A stretch of DNA of 64,000 nucleotides, taken from assembly GCA_905214345.1 (NCBI GenBank), contig CAJMLV010000004.1, positions 28,168 through 92,167 on the forward strand, read 5' to 3'. Under the pieces are notes generated by a model. It searched no databases and was not told the origin of the DNA. It saw nothing but the letters and a program-made list of their open reading frames with translations. Of this stretch, positions 9,635 through 18,973 are shown in pieces. This stretch comes from an uncultured bacterium (GTDB lineage Bacteria > Bacillota > Clostridia > Oscillospirales > Ruminococcaceae). Position 1 is the stretch's first letter; the number at the start of each line of letters is the position of its first letter. The position numbers and the translations under genes were made by a program.

Positions 9635-10456
9635 ATGCTTCGTTCCAAAGCTTCCCGTTGGGCAGCGGCGCCCTACCTGCTGTGGATGGCCATTTTCATC
9701 GTGGTGCCGCTGTTCATCGTCATCTGGTACGCCCTCACCGACGCTTCCGGGGTTTTCACCCTGCAGAATCTTTCGGAGATCGGGCGCTACTCTTCGGTCT
9801 TTGCCCGCAGCCTGCTGCTGGCGGCCGAAGCCACCGTCATCTGCCTGGTGCTGGGCTTTCCGGTGGGGTATTTTCTCTCCCGCCTGCGGGCGAACAAGCA
9901 GCACATCATGCTCATGCTGATCATGCTGCCCATGTGGATGAACTTTCTGCTGCGCACCTATGCCTGGATGACCCTGCTGGAGAAAAACGGCCTCATCAAC
10001 AAGCTGCTGGGCTTGTTCGGCATCGGGCCGCTGAACATGATCAACACCGCCGGGGCGGTGGTGCTGGGCATGGTGTACAACTATCTGCCTTATATGATTT
10101 TGCCCCTGTACACCGCCATGACCAAGATTGATGATTCCATCATCGAAGCTGCCCAGGATCTGGGATGCAACACCTTCCGCACCCTGACCCACGTGCTTAT
10201 CCCCCTGGCCAAGCCCGGCATCGCCACCGGCATCACTATGGTGTTCGTGCCGGCGGTGTCCACCTTTATCATCAGCCGTATGCTGGGCGGCGGTTCCAAC
10301 CTGCTCATCGGTGACCTGATCGAACTGCAGTTCCTGGGCAACTCTTACAACCTGAACCTGGGCTCCGCCATGAGCCTGGCTCTGATGGTCATTGTCCTGC
10401 TGTGCATGAGCTTCACTTCCAGCTTTGACGAAGAAGAAATGGAGGGCGTGATGTAA
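9635..10456 (+). CDS. potB: Spermidine/putrescine ABC permease PotB
   Basis: Six TM helices. EAA-like loop motif (AAQDLGCNTFRTLTHVLIP). Confidence 0.8.
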   Translation: MLRSKASRWAAAPYLLWMAIFIVVPLFIVIWYALTDASGVFTLQNLSEIGRYSSVFARSLLLAAEATVICLVLGFPVGYFLSRLRANKQHIMLMLIMLPMWMNFLLRTYAWMTLLEKNGLINKLLGLFGIGPLNMINTAGAVVLGMVYNYLPYMILPLYTAMTKIDDSIIEAAQDLGCNTFRTLTHVLIPLAKPGIATGITMVFVPAVSTFIISRMLGGGSNLLIGDLIELQFLGNSYNLNLGSAMSLALMVIVLLCMSFTSSFDEEEMEGVM

Positions 10457-11298
10457 TGAAAACCCAACACAAACGCCTGCTCCAGCGTGCCTATATCGTG
10501 ATGATCTTCGGGTTCATGTACCTGCCCATCGCGGTGCTCATCGCTTACAGCTTCAACGAAAACAAGAGCCGTACCGTCTTTTCCGGCTTTACCCTGAGCT
10601 GGTACAAGAGCCTGTTCCAGAACGAGATGATCCTCTCGGCCCTGGGGCTTTCCCTGGTGCTGGCCCTGGTATCCTCGGTGCTGGCCACCGTGCTGGGCAC
10701 CCTGGCCACCATCGGCATCAATTCCATGTCCCGCCGCACCCAGCTGATCGTCAACAACATCAGCTATGTCCCGGTGGTCAACCCTGAGATCATCACCGGT
10801 GTTTCCCTGATGCTGCTGTTTGTGCTGCTGCAGCAGGCCGGGGTAGGGGGCGAAGGCGGCATCTTCGGCTGGGCCACCCTTCTCATTGCCCACATCACCT
10901 TCAACGTGCCCTATGTGATCTTCAACGTGGGCCCCAAACTGCGCCAGCTGGACCCCAGCCTGTATAACGCGGCGCTGGACTTGGGCTGCACGCCCCGGCA
11001 GGCATTCTTCAAGGTGATCCTGCCCCAGCTGACCCCGGCCATCCTTTCGGCCTTCCTCATCTGCCTGACCTATTCCATCGATGACTTTATGATCTCCTAC
11101 TTCAACTGCGGCACCATGCAGACCCTGCCCATCGCCATTTACAGCATGACCCGCAAGAAGGTCAGCCCCGAGATCAACGCTCTGTCTGCCATCATGTTCC
11201 TGGTCATCCTGACCATCATCCTGGTTTCCAACCACATGGATTCCCGCGCTTATCGCCGCAACCAGGCGGCCATCCGCAAGAGCGCGGCCGAAGCGTGA
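10456..11298 (+). CDS. potC: Spermidine/putrescine ABC permease PotC
   Basis: Six TM helices. AALDLGCTPRQAFFKVILP motif. Start overlaps the potB stop. Confidence 0.8.
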   Translation: MKTQHKRLLQRAYIVMIFGFMYLPIAVLIAYSFNENKSRTVFSGFTLSWYKSLFQNEMILSALGLSLVLALVSSVLATVLGTLATIGINSMSRRTQLIVNNISYVPVVNPEIITGVSLMLLFVLLQQAGVGGEGGIFGWATLLIAHITFNVPYVIFNVGPKLRQLDPSLYNAALDLGCTPRQAFFKVILPQLTPAILSAFLICLTYSIDDFMISYFNCGTMQTLPIAIYSMTRKKVSPEINALSAIMFLVILTIILVSNHMDSRAYRRNQAAIRKSAAEA

Positions 11299-11312
11299 AG
11301 GGGAGGGCAGCC

Positions 11313-11960
11313 ATGAAACTGAAACGTGTTTTTGCCCTGGGCGGTGCGCTGGCTTTGCTGTGTACCATGCCTGCATTTGCGGCGGACGAGATCGTCGTCA
11401 ATGAGGATATCTCGGTTTCCGGTGACTATGACTGGACCCGCTTTGCCGATGACAATATCACCCTGAACGTCTACAACTGGGGCCTGTATATCTCCGACGG
11501 CTCGGATGAGAGCGTGGATGTGGTTTCCGCTTTTGAGGAACTCACCGGTATCAAGGTGAATTACACCACCTTCGATTCCAACGAAAGCCTGTACGCCAAG
11601 ATGAAATCCGGCGGCGCCAGCTATGACGTGATCTTCCCCTCCGATTATATGGTGGGCAAGCTCATTGCGGAGGATATGCTCGCTCCCCTGGATTACGACA
11701 ATATCCCCAATATGGCCGCCATCGGCGAGGATTATCTGGGCTGGGAATTTGACCCTGATAACACTTACAGCGTGCCCTATATGTGGGGCACCACCGGCCT
11801 GATCTACAACACCACCATGGTGGACGAAGCACCCACCAGCTGGTCGGCTCTCTGGGATGTGCAGTACACCGGCAATGTGCTTATGTTCAACAACTCCCGG
11901 GATGCCTACGCCATCGCCGCCAAGCGGGCCGGACTTTCCCTGAATCCGCCGTCGGTGTAG
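11313..11960 (+). CDS. potD: PotD-like polyamine-binding protein, N-terminal fragment ending at an in-frame TAG
   Basis: Signal peptide (ALLCTMPAFA) and PotD family core. TAG at 11958-11960 is in frame with the downstream fragment. Confidence 0.6.
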   Translation: MKLKRVFALGGALALLCTMPAFAADEIVVNEDISVSGDYDWTRFADDNITLNVYNWGLYISDGSDESVDVVSAFEELTGIKVNYTTFDSNESLYAKMKSGGASYDVIFPSDYMVGKLIAEDMLAPLDYDNIPNMAAIGEDYLGWEFDPDNTYSVPYMWGTTGLIYNTTMVDEAPTSWSALWDVQYTGNVLMFNNSRDAYAIAAKRAGLSLNPPSV

Positions 11961-11975
11961 GAAGTGGACCTGGTC

Positions 11976-12545
11976 ATGCAGGACCTGCAGGCACAGAAAT
12001 CCGTGGTGCAGGCCTACGTCATGGACGAGATCTTCGACAAGATGGAGGGCGGGGAAGCGGCCCTGGCGCCCTACTATGCCGGTGATGCCCTGACCATGAT
12101 CGATGACAACCCCGACCTGGCCTTTGTCCACCCGGAGGAAGGCGTCAACTTCTTTGTGGACAGCATGTGCATCCCTGCCACCAGCAAGAACAAGGAAGCT
12201 GCCGAAATGTTCATCAATTATATGTGTGAAACTTCGGTGGGCTATGCCAACTGCGACTACATCGGCTATTCCACCCCCATCACGGCAGTGTGGGAACTGC
12301 TGGACGATGACATCAAGTACAGCCCCATCGCATACCCTGACGAAGAGGTCATGTCCAAGGCGGAGGTGTTCGTTACCCTGCCCGACGAGATCAACGCCGA
12401 GATGGACAGCCAGTGGAGCCAGATGAAGAGCTACGACGAGAGCGGCGGCAGCTGGATGGTGGTTATCTTCCTGCTGGGGGCGGTGGCCCTGTCCGGCTTC
12501 AATATCTGGCGCAAGCTGCGCAAAAAGATGCGGGACAATTACTGA
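11976..12545 (+). CDS. potD: PotD-like polyamine-binding protein, C-terminal fragment with a C-terminal TM helix
   Basis: Same frame as 11313..11960. Continues the PotD fold and ends with a hydrophobic anchor (WMVVIFLLGAVALSGFNIW) followed by RKLRKK. Confidence 0.55.
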   Translation: MQDLQAQKSVVQAYVMDEIFDKMEGGEAALAPYYAGDALTMIDDNPDLAFVHPEEGVNFFVDSMCIPATSKNKEAAEMFINYMCETSVGYANCDYIGYSTPITAVWELLDDDIKYSPIAYPDEEVMSKAEVFVTLPDEINAEMDSQWSQMKSYDESGGSWMVVIFLLGAVALSGFNIWRKLRKKMRDNY

Positions 12546-12550
12546 ACTTC

Positions 12551-12591
12551 AAAAAAGCTCCCTTCCGGTCTGACGGAAGGGGCTTTTTTGG
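12551..12591 (+). terminator. Rho-independent terminator after potD
   Basis: AGCTCCCTTCCG-gtctga-CGGAAGGGGCT followed by TTTTTT. Confidence 0.8.
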
Positions 12592-12681
12592 TCAAAAAGG
12601 AACCTTTATCCAAAGGGAACTGGCGCGGCAGGGGAACCCGTGCTATAATAAACTGATCGACAAGAAAAGGAGATGCTGCCC

Positions 12682-13434
12682 ATGTCTGCGGACATGACCC
12701 GATATACCGAACCTTTCCAGGTGTACCGCCACGACGGTGACTGCTTCGGCTATGTGCAGCCCGCTTCGGTGCTGCGCTATGCCCAGCAGATCGCGGGGGA
12801 ACACGCCATTGCCCTGGGGATCACCGACGAAGTCTACGCCCGTACCCACACTGCCTATGTGCTGGCCAAACAGGCGCTGCACTTCGAGCGGGTGCCCCGG
12901 GTGGATGAGCACCTGACCCTGATTACCATTCCGGAAGAACTCAAGCGGGCGGTAAACAAGCGTATCACCCGGGTGCTGGATGAATCCGGCAGCGAGGTGG
13001 CCCTGGTGGACAGCCGGTGGGTGCTCATTGACACCGACCGCCGGGTCATTCTGCGCAAGCACCCGGAGGAATTTTCCACCGCCCACTGGTCGCTGGAGGT
13101 GGAGCAGGAACTGCCCATGAAGATGCACAAGGCCCATCTGGAAGATTGCGAGCATGTAGGCACTCACACCGCTACCTACAGTCAGTGCGATATGAACGGC
13201 CACATGAATAATGCCCGGTATGTGGATGTGATCTGTGATGCCCTGCCGACCGAGGAACTGGAATCTTCCTTTGCCCGGGACATCATCATTTACTATCACA
13301 AGGAGGTTCCCCGGAACGGCTCTTTTGAGCTGTATCGCTGCCGGCTGGAAACCGGTGAGTGGTACTTTGCCGGCATTTTGCCGGACGGAAAATCCAGCTT
13401 TGAGGCCTCCATTTCCCTGGAACCCAGGACCTGA
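12682..13434 (+). CDS. Acyl-[acyl-carrier-protein] thioesterase (FatA/FatB-like)
   Basis: Double hotdog acyl-ACP thioesterase family. RBS AAGGAG 10 nt upstream of the MSADM ATG. Confidence 0.75.
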   Translation: MSADMTRYTEPFQVYRHDGDCFGYVQPASVLRYAQQIAGEHAIALGITDEVYARTHTAYVLAKQALHFERVPRVDEHLTLITIPEELKRAVNKRITRVLDESGSEVALVDSRWVLIDTDRRVILRKHPEEFSTAHWSLEVEQELPMKMHKAHLEDCEHVGTHTATYSQCDMNGHMNNARYVDVICDALPTEELESSFARDIIIYYHKEVPRNGSFELYRCRLETGEWYFAGILPDGKSSFEASISLEPRT

Positions 13435-13510
13435 AACCGAACAACGGGGGAGAAGCGGTAAAGAAGTAACAAAGATGCGGAAATAGTTACAAAACTTTAA
13501 CAAATGACCG

Positions 13511-13540
13511 TTGACAAATGGTTGCAAAAGGGTTACAATT
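13511..13540 (+). promoter_or_regulatory. Strong sigma-70 promoter
   Basis: TTGACA, 18-nt spacer, TACAAT. Confidence 0.6.
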
Positions 13541-13546
13541 TACTTG

Positions 13547-13667
13547 CAAGCAAAGCTAAACAAACTTTTTCATGTGTTCTTCTCCTCCTTTCTTTTGGAC
13601 CCCCGCCTTTCCCTCAGGCGGGGGGTTCTTTTTGTCTGCCGCGGACCTTCCGCGGCAATTTTTTTTG
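13547..13667 (+). ncRNA. Candidate small RNA / leader transcript ending in tandem intrinsic terminators
   Basis: No plausible ORF is present. There is a CU-rich tract (TTCTCCTCCTTTC). Two consecutive hairpin plus T-run terminators lie at 13598-13635 and 13638-13667. Confidence 0.3.
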
Positions 13668-13698
13668 CTGGGCAAGCGCAGAACCTATTGCAAAACAC

Positions 13699-13721
13699 TA
13701 TATTATATGATATATAATATA
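13699..13721. promoter_or_regulatory. Putative PadR operator
   Basis: TATATTATAT-gat-ATATAATATA inverted repeat that overlaps a TATAAT -10 hexamer, about 30 nt upstream of the padR start. Confidence 0.5.
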
Positions 13722-13751
13722 TAAAGACATATGATAAGAAGGGAGTATGCC

Positions 13752-14072
13752 ATGACCTTTGTATCCAGCGCGGCCTTGCTGGACGCCGTTGTGCTGGCCG
13801 TGGTCTCCCAGCAGGCGGAAGGCTCCTACGGGTACCGCATCACCCAGCAGATCAAAGAGGTGCTGGATGTGTCGGAATCCTCGCTGTATCCGGTTTTGCG
13901 CCGCCTGCAAAAGGACCAATGCCTGACCGTGCACGACGAAACCGCCAACGGCCGCAACCGCCGCTATTACCGCATCACAGAACTGGGACTTGTCCGCCTG
14001 CAAGGGTATCAAGATGAATGGCGGGCATACACCAAAAAAATCGACACTTTGTTTTGGGGGGAAACGCCATGA
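13752..14072 (+). CDS. PadR family transcriptional regulator
   Basis: 106 aa winged-HTH with the PadR signature (YGYRITQQI...SLYPVLRRLQ). RBS GGGAG. Confidence 0.85.
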   Translation: MTFVSSAALLDAVVLAVVSQQAEGSYGYRITQQIKEVLDVSESSLYPVLRRLQKDQCLTVHDETANGRNRRYYRITELGLVRLQGYQDEWRAYTKKIDTLFWGETP

Positions 14073-15307
14073 CCAAATACGAATACCTTGCCAAGCTGGA
14101 ACAGCTTTTGTCCGCTATGCCGCAGCAGGAACGCCGGGATGCGCTGGACTATTATGCCGAATATTTTGACGCCGCCGGCCCCGACCATGAGGCCGAGACC
14201 GCCGAAAAACTGGGCGACCCCGAAACGGTGGCCCGCAAGATCCTGGAAGGGGAGGGCCTGACCGGGGAAGAGAACACGGCCGAAGAAACGTCGTCCGCCG
14301 CTTCCGCCGAAGGCAATATCCCGCCGGAAGATCCCGCTGCCGGACCTGTGACCCGCACCGGTCTGCATGGTCCCGGACTGCTGGCCCTCTTTGTGGTCAT
14401 TCTGCTGCTGGTGGCGTTGGCGCTGGCCCTGTCTGCGGGGGCACTCGGTTTCCGGGGCTTTGGTCGTGACCGGGAGATTTCCGCCTCCGGCAGCACTGCC
14501 GCTGTGGCGACCCCGGTCCCCACCGCCGAAGTGCAGGTATCTGAACCCACCCAGTCCCAGACACCGCAGTCTGCCGCCACGGATGACGGTACGGCGTCGG
14601 TGCAGGCTGCTTCCGACTGGGAAACCGCGTATGACATGACCATCAGCAAGGTGGACCTGGAACTCTCCAATGTGGATCTGACCGTGGTGGTGGATGACAG
14701 CGTTTCCGCCGTGACCCTGCGGGGCAGCGGCGTGTCCGATGATGCCCTCCAGGTGAATCAGCAGGAATTGACCCGCAACGCCAAGCTGGAAGTCCGGCTG
14801 ACTGCCGGGGCGACGGACGGTGCCGCCCTGACGCTGGTGCTGCCCGGCAATGCGGTGCCCCGCAGCCTGGAGCTCAAATTGTATGGCGGCAGCGCTGTTG
14901 TGCCGGATATGACCCTGGATGAGCTGGAAGTAGACTCCCTTGCTTCTGTGGTCACGGTGGGGAATATTACCGCACGCCAGGTGGAATTGCAGGAAGAATC
15001 CGACGGAACGGTAACGGCTGCCGCAGTCACGGCGGATGAAATCTCCCTGAATGCGACCCGCGGCAGCGTTACGGCGGACCAGGTCAAGGTCGGCCGCCAG
15101 CTGGAAGTGGATGTGGAAGGCGGCAATGCCACCGTCACCGTGCAAGGAAAAGCAGCTGACTTTTACCTGGAAACCGAGAATGAGAACGGTACCCTGACGG
15201 TGGACGGAGAGGAAAAAATCGGTAAGACATCCCAGCCCGGCAACACCGGTGTTTCCATTGAAGTGGACTGCCAGGGCGGCACAGCCAACCTGAGCTTCAC
15301 CGGCTGA
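14069..15307 (+). CDS. DUF1700-TM-DUF4097 envelope protein (PadR-associated putative adhesin/stress sensor)
   Basis: N-terminal DUF1700 motif (YLAKLEQLL...ERRDALDYYAEYF), one TM helix, and C-terminal beta-repeat DUF4097. Start overlaps the padR stop (ATGA). Confidence 0.75.
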   Translation: MTKYEYLAKLEQLLSAMPQQERRDALDYYAEYFDAAGPDHEAETAEKLGDPETVARKILEGEGLTGEENTAEETSSAASAEGNIPPEDPAAGPVTRTGLHGPGLLALFVVILLLVALALALSAGALGFRGFGRDREISASGSTAAVATPVPTAEVQVSEPTQSQTPQSAATDDGTASVQAASDWETAYDMTISKVDLELSNVDLTVVVDDSVSAVTLRGSGVSDDALQVNQQELTRNAKLEVRLTAGATDGAALTLVLPGNAVPRSLELKLYGGSAVVPDMTLDELEVDSLASVVTVGNITARQVELQEESDGTVTAAAVTADEISLNATRGSVTADQVKVGRQLEVDVEGGNATVTVQGKAADFYLETENENGTLTVDGEEKIGKTSQPGNTGVSIEVDCQGGTANLSFTG

Positions 15308-15323
15308 TACTTGGAAATAAGCA

Positions 15324-15366
15324 AAAAAAGAACCCCCGCTTCCGGCAGGAAGCGGGGGTTCTTGTA
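15324..15366. terminator. Bidirectional terminator
   Basis: GAACCCCCGCTTCC-ggca-GGAAGCGGGGGTTC with an A-run on one side and a T-run on the other. Confidence 0.8.
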
Positions 15367-15383
15367 TCAGAGTATCAAAAGAA

Positions 15384-16892
15384 TCAGTTGTTGGGGCTGT
15401 TCTTCAGGATAACGTCATGGCTGCCGCCTTCCACTATGGAGGTGGAGGACACAACGGTCAGGCGAGCCTTCTGCTGCAGCTCATGGATGGACAGAGCGCC
15501 GCAGTTGCACATGGTGGAACGCACCTTGTACAGGGTGGTCTGTACGCCGTCAGCCAGAGGACCGGCGTAAGGAACGTAGCTGTCCACGCCTTCCTCAAAG
15601 CTCAGCTTCTGGGCGCCGCCCAGGTCGTAGCGCTGCCAGTTGCGGGCGCGGTTGGAGCCTTCGCCCCAGTATTCCTTCACATAGTTGCCGTTGATGCGCA
15701 GGCGGTTCGTGGGGCTTTCGTCAAAGCGGGCGAAGTAACGGCCCAGCATGACGAAGTCGGCGCCCATGGCCAGGGCTAGGGTGATGTGGTAGTCGTGGAC
15801 GATGCCGCCGTCGGAGCAGATGGGGATATAGATGCCAGTCTGCTCATAGTATTCATCGCGGGCCTTGGCAACCTCGATAACTGCGGTAGCCTGGCCGCGG
15901 CCGATGCCCTTGGTCTCGCGGGTGATGCAGATGGAACCGCCGCCGATGCCAATCTTGACGAAGTCGGCGCCGGCCTTGGCCAGGAACAGGAAGCCGTCAC
16001 GGTCCACCACGTTGCCGGCGCCTACCTTCACGCTGTCGCCGTAACGCTCGCGGATCCAGCTGATGGTGCGGGACTGCCATTCGCTGAAGCCCTCGGAAGA
16101 GTCGATGCACAGCACGTCCACACCGGCGTCTACCAGAGCGGGAACGCGCTCTGCGTAGTCGCGGGTGTTGATGCCGGCGCCCACAACGTAGCTCTTGTTC
16201 TGGTCCAGCAGTTCATTGACGTTTTCCTTGTGGCTGTCGTAGTCCTTGCGGAAAACCATATACTGCAGATGGCCTTCTTCATCGATCAGGGGCAGAGAGT
16301 TGATCTTGTTGTCCCAGATGATGTCGTTGCAGTCGTGCAGGCTGGTGGTGGCGGGAGCAGTGACCAGCTTGTCCAGCGGGGTCATGAACTCGGTGACCTT
16401 CAGGTCAGTGGACATGCGGGACAGGCGGTAGTCGCGGGAAGCGACGATGCCCAGCAGCTTGCCGTGGGGAGTGCCGTCCTCGGTGATGGCCACGGTGGAA
16501 TGGCCGGTGCGGGTCTTCAGGTCCAGCACGTCGGCCAGGGTGGCTTCGGGGGGCAGGTTGGAGTCGCTGGTCACAAAGCCCTTCTTGTAGGCCTTGACGC
16601 GGCGGACCATATCGGCTTCCTCTTCAATGGTCTGAGAACCGTAAATGAAGGAAACACCGCCCTGCTTGGCCAGAGCGATGGCCAGCTTTTCGCCGGAGAC
16701 GGACTGCATGATGGCAGAAACCATCGGGATGTTCATTTCCAGGGGGCATTCTTCCTGGCCCTTGCGGTACTTGACCAGCGGGGTGCGCAGGCTCACTGCG
16801 GTGGGCACACATTCGGAAGAAGAATACCCCGGCACCAGCAGGTACTCGCCAAAGGTACGGGACGGCTCAGAAAAATAATACGCCATAAACAT
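15384..16892 (-). CDS. guaB: IMP dehydrogenase
   Basis: TIM barrel with a CBS pair. Catalytic loop [12 protein letters not shown]. Confidence 0.8.
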   Translation of the reverse strand: MFMAYYFSEPSRTFGEYLLVPGYSSSECVPTAVSLRTPLVKYRKGQEECPLEMNIPMVSAIMQSVSGEKLAIALAKQGGVSFIYGSQTIEEEADMVRRVKAYKKGFVTSDSNLPPEATLADVLDLKTRTGHSTVAITEDGTPHGKLLGIVASRDYRLSRMSTDLKVTEFMTPLDKLVTAPATTSLHDCNDIIWDNKINSLPLIDEEGHLQYMVFRKDYDSHKENVNELLDQNKSYVVGAGINTRDYAERVPALVDAGVDVLCIDSSEGFSEWQSRTISWIRERYGDSVKVGAGNVVDRDGFLFLAKAGADFVKIGIGGGSICITRETKGIGRGQATAVIEVAKARDEYYEQTGIYIPICSDGGIVHDYHITLALAMGADFVMLGRYFARFDESPTNRLRINGNYVKEYWGEGSNRARNWQRYDLGGAQKLSFEEGVDSYVPYAGPLADGVQTTLYKVRSTMCNCGALSIHELQQKARLTVVSSTSIVEGGSHDVILKNSPNN

Positions 16893-17205
16893 TCTCCTTA
16901 CAGTTCACAAAACCAATATACTTTCTTTCCCGGTTCCGCGCCGGACGGCTTGCAGACCGGTTTTATGCTTACCAAAGATTGTACCACATCTGTGGACAAA
17001 ATACAAAATTTTACGGCAAAAATCTTTTTGGACACCCCGGGCCAAAAGTTGTGGATTTTGCCGGGGAAACAGGAGGGAAGGTATGACTTTCCCCTTTGGT
17101 GACATAGTTACGGAAGGTTTGCAAAAAAGTGGGTATCATAGTATCATAACAAAAGGGGAAACCCAAAACCCAAGCAAAATAAAAAACAAACGGAGGATTT
17201 TAACC

Positions 17206-17511
17206 ATGTCTGTTCTTCATATTACTACCGCTACCTTTGAAAACGAAGTGCTCCACAGCGACAAGCCCGTCCTGCTGGACTTCTGGGCCAGCTGGTGCGG
17301 CCCCTGCCGTATGGTGGGCCCCATCCTGGACGAGATCGCCGCCGAGCGCAGCGACATCAAGGTTTGCAAGATCAACGTGGATGAGCAGCCCGCGCTGGCC
17401 GCGCAGTTCGGCGTGATGAGCATTCCCACCCTGGTGGTCATCAAGAACGGCCAGGAAGTCAATCGCTCGGTGGGCGCACTGCCCAAGGCCCGCATCCTGG
17501 CACTGCTGTAA
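17206..17511 (+). CDS. trxA: Thioredoxin
   Basis: WCGPC active site, 101 aa. RBS GGAGG. Confidence 0.9.
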   Translation: MSVLHITTATFENEVLHSDKPVLLDFWASWCGPCRMVGPILDEIAAERSDIKVCKINVDEQPALAAQFGVMSIPTLVVIKNGQEVNRSVGALPKARILALL

Positions 17512-17553
17512 ATCAGGCACACAGGGCACGTTCCGCCGCGGCGGGGCGTGCCT

Positions 17554-18213
17554 TTATGCGTTTTGCAGGGCTTTCAGCCGGGGAACGTCGGTCAGCTCTA
17601 CCGTGCCGCGGGCCAGATGGACCATACCTTCTTCCTGGAAATACCGCAGCATGCGGGTCACCACCTCACGGGCGGTGCCCAGGTGGTTGGCGATTTTCTC
17701 GTGGGTGATTTTCAGCACGGTGGTGCCGTCCAGCTCACTTTCCTCTACCAGGAACCCGGCCAGGCGCCGGTCGAAACTGCGGAACAGCACCTGCTCCATC
17801 AGCCACATCACGTCCGAAAGTCGGGTGCTCATGATCTCGTTGGTGTAGTTGGCCACGGCGGCAGATTCCTTCATGACCGCTTTGTAGGTTTCCGGCCCGA
17901 TGATATACATTTCGCTGTCCTTTTCCGCCTCGATGGTCACATCGAACTGGATACTGGGCATCATGCAGGTGGCTGCCAGCAGACAGGCATCCCGCTCAAA
18001 CAGCCGGTACAGGGTGATCTCCCGGCCTTCTTCCGAAAGAAAGTACGCCCGCAGCTGACCGCTGCGCACCAGCAGGTAACCAAGGCAGTCCGCCGCACCG
18101 TCATGGACGATGGTGCCTTTGGACGCCTTGCGCAGGATGGCCGCGTTCTTCAGTGTCCGCTGCTGTTCCGGCGTCAGCTTGTCCCATACGGGAAATAAGG
18201 TCTCAAACGGCAA
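17554..18213 (-). CDS. Crp/Fnr family transcriptional regulator
   Basis: cNMP-binding domain with a C-terminal HTH (TREVVTRMLRYF). TTG start with RBS AAGGAGGTG. Confidence 0.75.
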   Translation of the reverse strand: MPFETLFPVWDKLTPEQQRTLKNAAILRKASKGTIVHDGAADCLGYLLVRSGQLRAYFLSEEGREITLYRLFERDACLLAATCMMPSIQFDVTIEAEKDSEMYIIGPETYKAVMKESAAVANYTNEIMSTRLSDVMWLMEQVLFRSFDRRLAGFLVEESELDGTTVLKITHEKIANHLGTAREVVTRMLRYFQEEGMVHLARGTVELTDVPRLKALQNA

Positions 18214-18297
18214 TTGCCGTCACCTCCTTTTCTGCCAGTATAGCCAAAAAGACCCTCCCCGTCAAATCCATTTACCATACAGAAAGGAATCCATCGG

Positions 18298-18960
18298 ATG
18301 CAGTATCTTATCTCCTTCCTGGAAGGTATCATCACCTTCATTTCTCCCTGCCTTTTGCCCATGCTTCCCATTTATGTGTCCTACTTTGCAGGGGGCCGGC
18401 GCAGTGTCCGCAAGACCCTCACCGGGGCCCTGGGATTTGTGCTGGGCTTTACCCTGGTGTTCGTGGCCATGGGGGCACTGGCGGGCACGGTGGGCGGCTT
18501 CCTCAAGTCTCACCAGACCGCCGTCAACATCGTTTCCGGTGTGGTGGTCATCTTTTTCGGTCTCAACTTTCTCGGCGTGCTGCGGCTGCAGCTCTTCCGA
18601 GGCGGTATGGCCGGCGGGACCGCCGTGCGCACCCCGGGGTTCTTCTCCTCGGTTCTGTTCGGTCTGATTTTCTCCCTGGGGTGGACGCCCTGCGTGGGGG
18701 CTTTCCTGGGATCGGCGCTGTTGCTGGCTTCCCAGCAGGGGAGCGTCTGGACCGGCGTTTGGATGCTGCTGGCCTACTCGTTGGGGCTGGGCGTACCCTT
18801 TGTGGTCAGCGCTCTGCTCATCGACCAGCTGAAATCCGCCTTTGACTGGATCAAGCGCCATTACGAAATCATCAACCGCGTCAGCGGCGGCTTTCTGGTG
18901 TTCATCGGCGTGCTGATGGCCACCGGCCTGCTGGGCCGCCTGCTGACCTTCCTGAGCTGA
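18298..18960 (+). CDS. ccdA: Cytochrome c-type biogenesis protein CcdA (DsbD-like thiol:disulfide transporter)
   Basis: Six TM helices and the conserved Cys pair (ISPCLLP ... WTPCVG). Confidence 0.85.
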   Translation: MQYLISFLEGIITFISPCLLPMLPIYVSYFAGGRRSVRKTLTGALGFVLGFTLVFVAMGALAGTVGGFLKSHQTAVNIVSGVVVIFFGLNFLGVLRLQLFRGGMAGGTAVRTPGFFSSVLFGLIFSLGWTPCVGAFLGSALLLASQQGSVWTGVWMLLAYSLGLGVPFVVSALLIDQLKSAFDWIKRHYEIINRVSGGFLVFIGVLMATGLLGRLLTFLS

Positions 18961-18973
18961 AAGGGGAACGACC

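Noticed and set aside
13560-13600. 5-codon mini-ORF (MKKFV) with AAAGGAGG RBS on the minus strand
   Set aside because: It is the mirror image of the CU-rich tract of the plus-strand sRNA candidate. There is no downstream minus-strand gene and no promoter, so it is probably coincidental.
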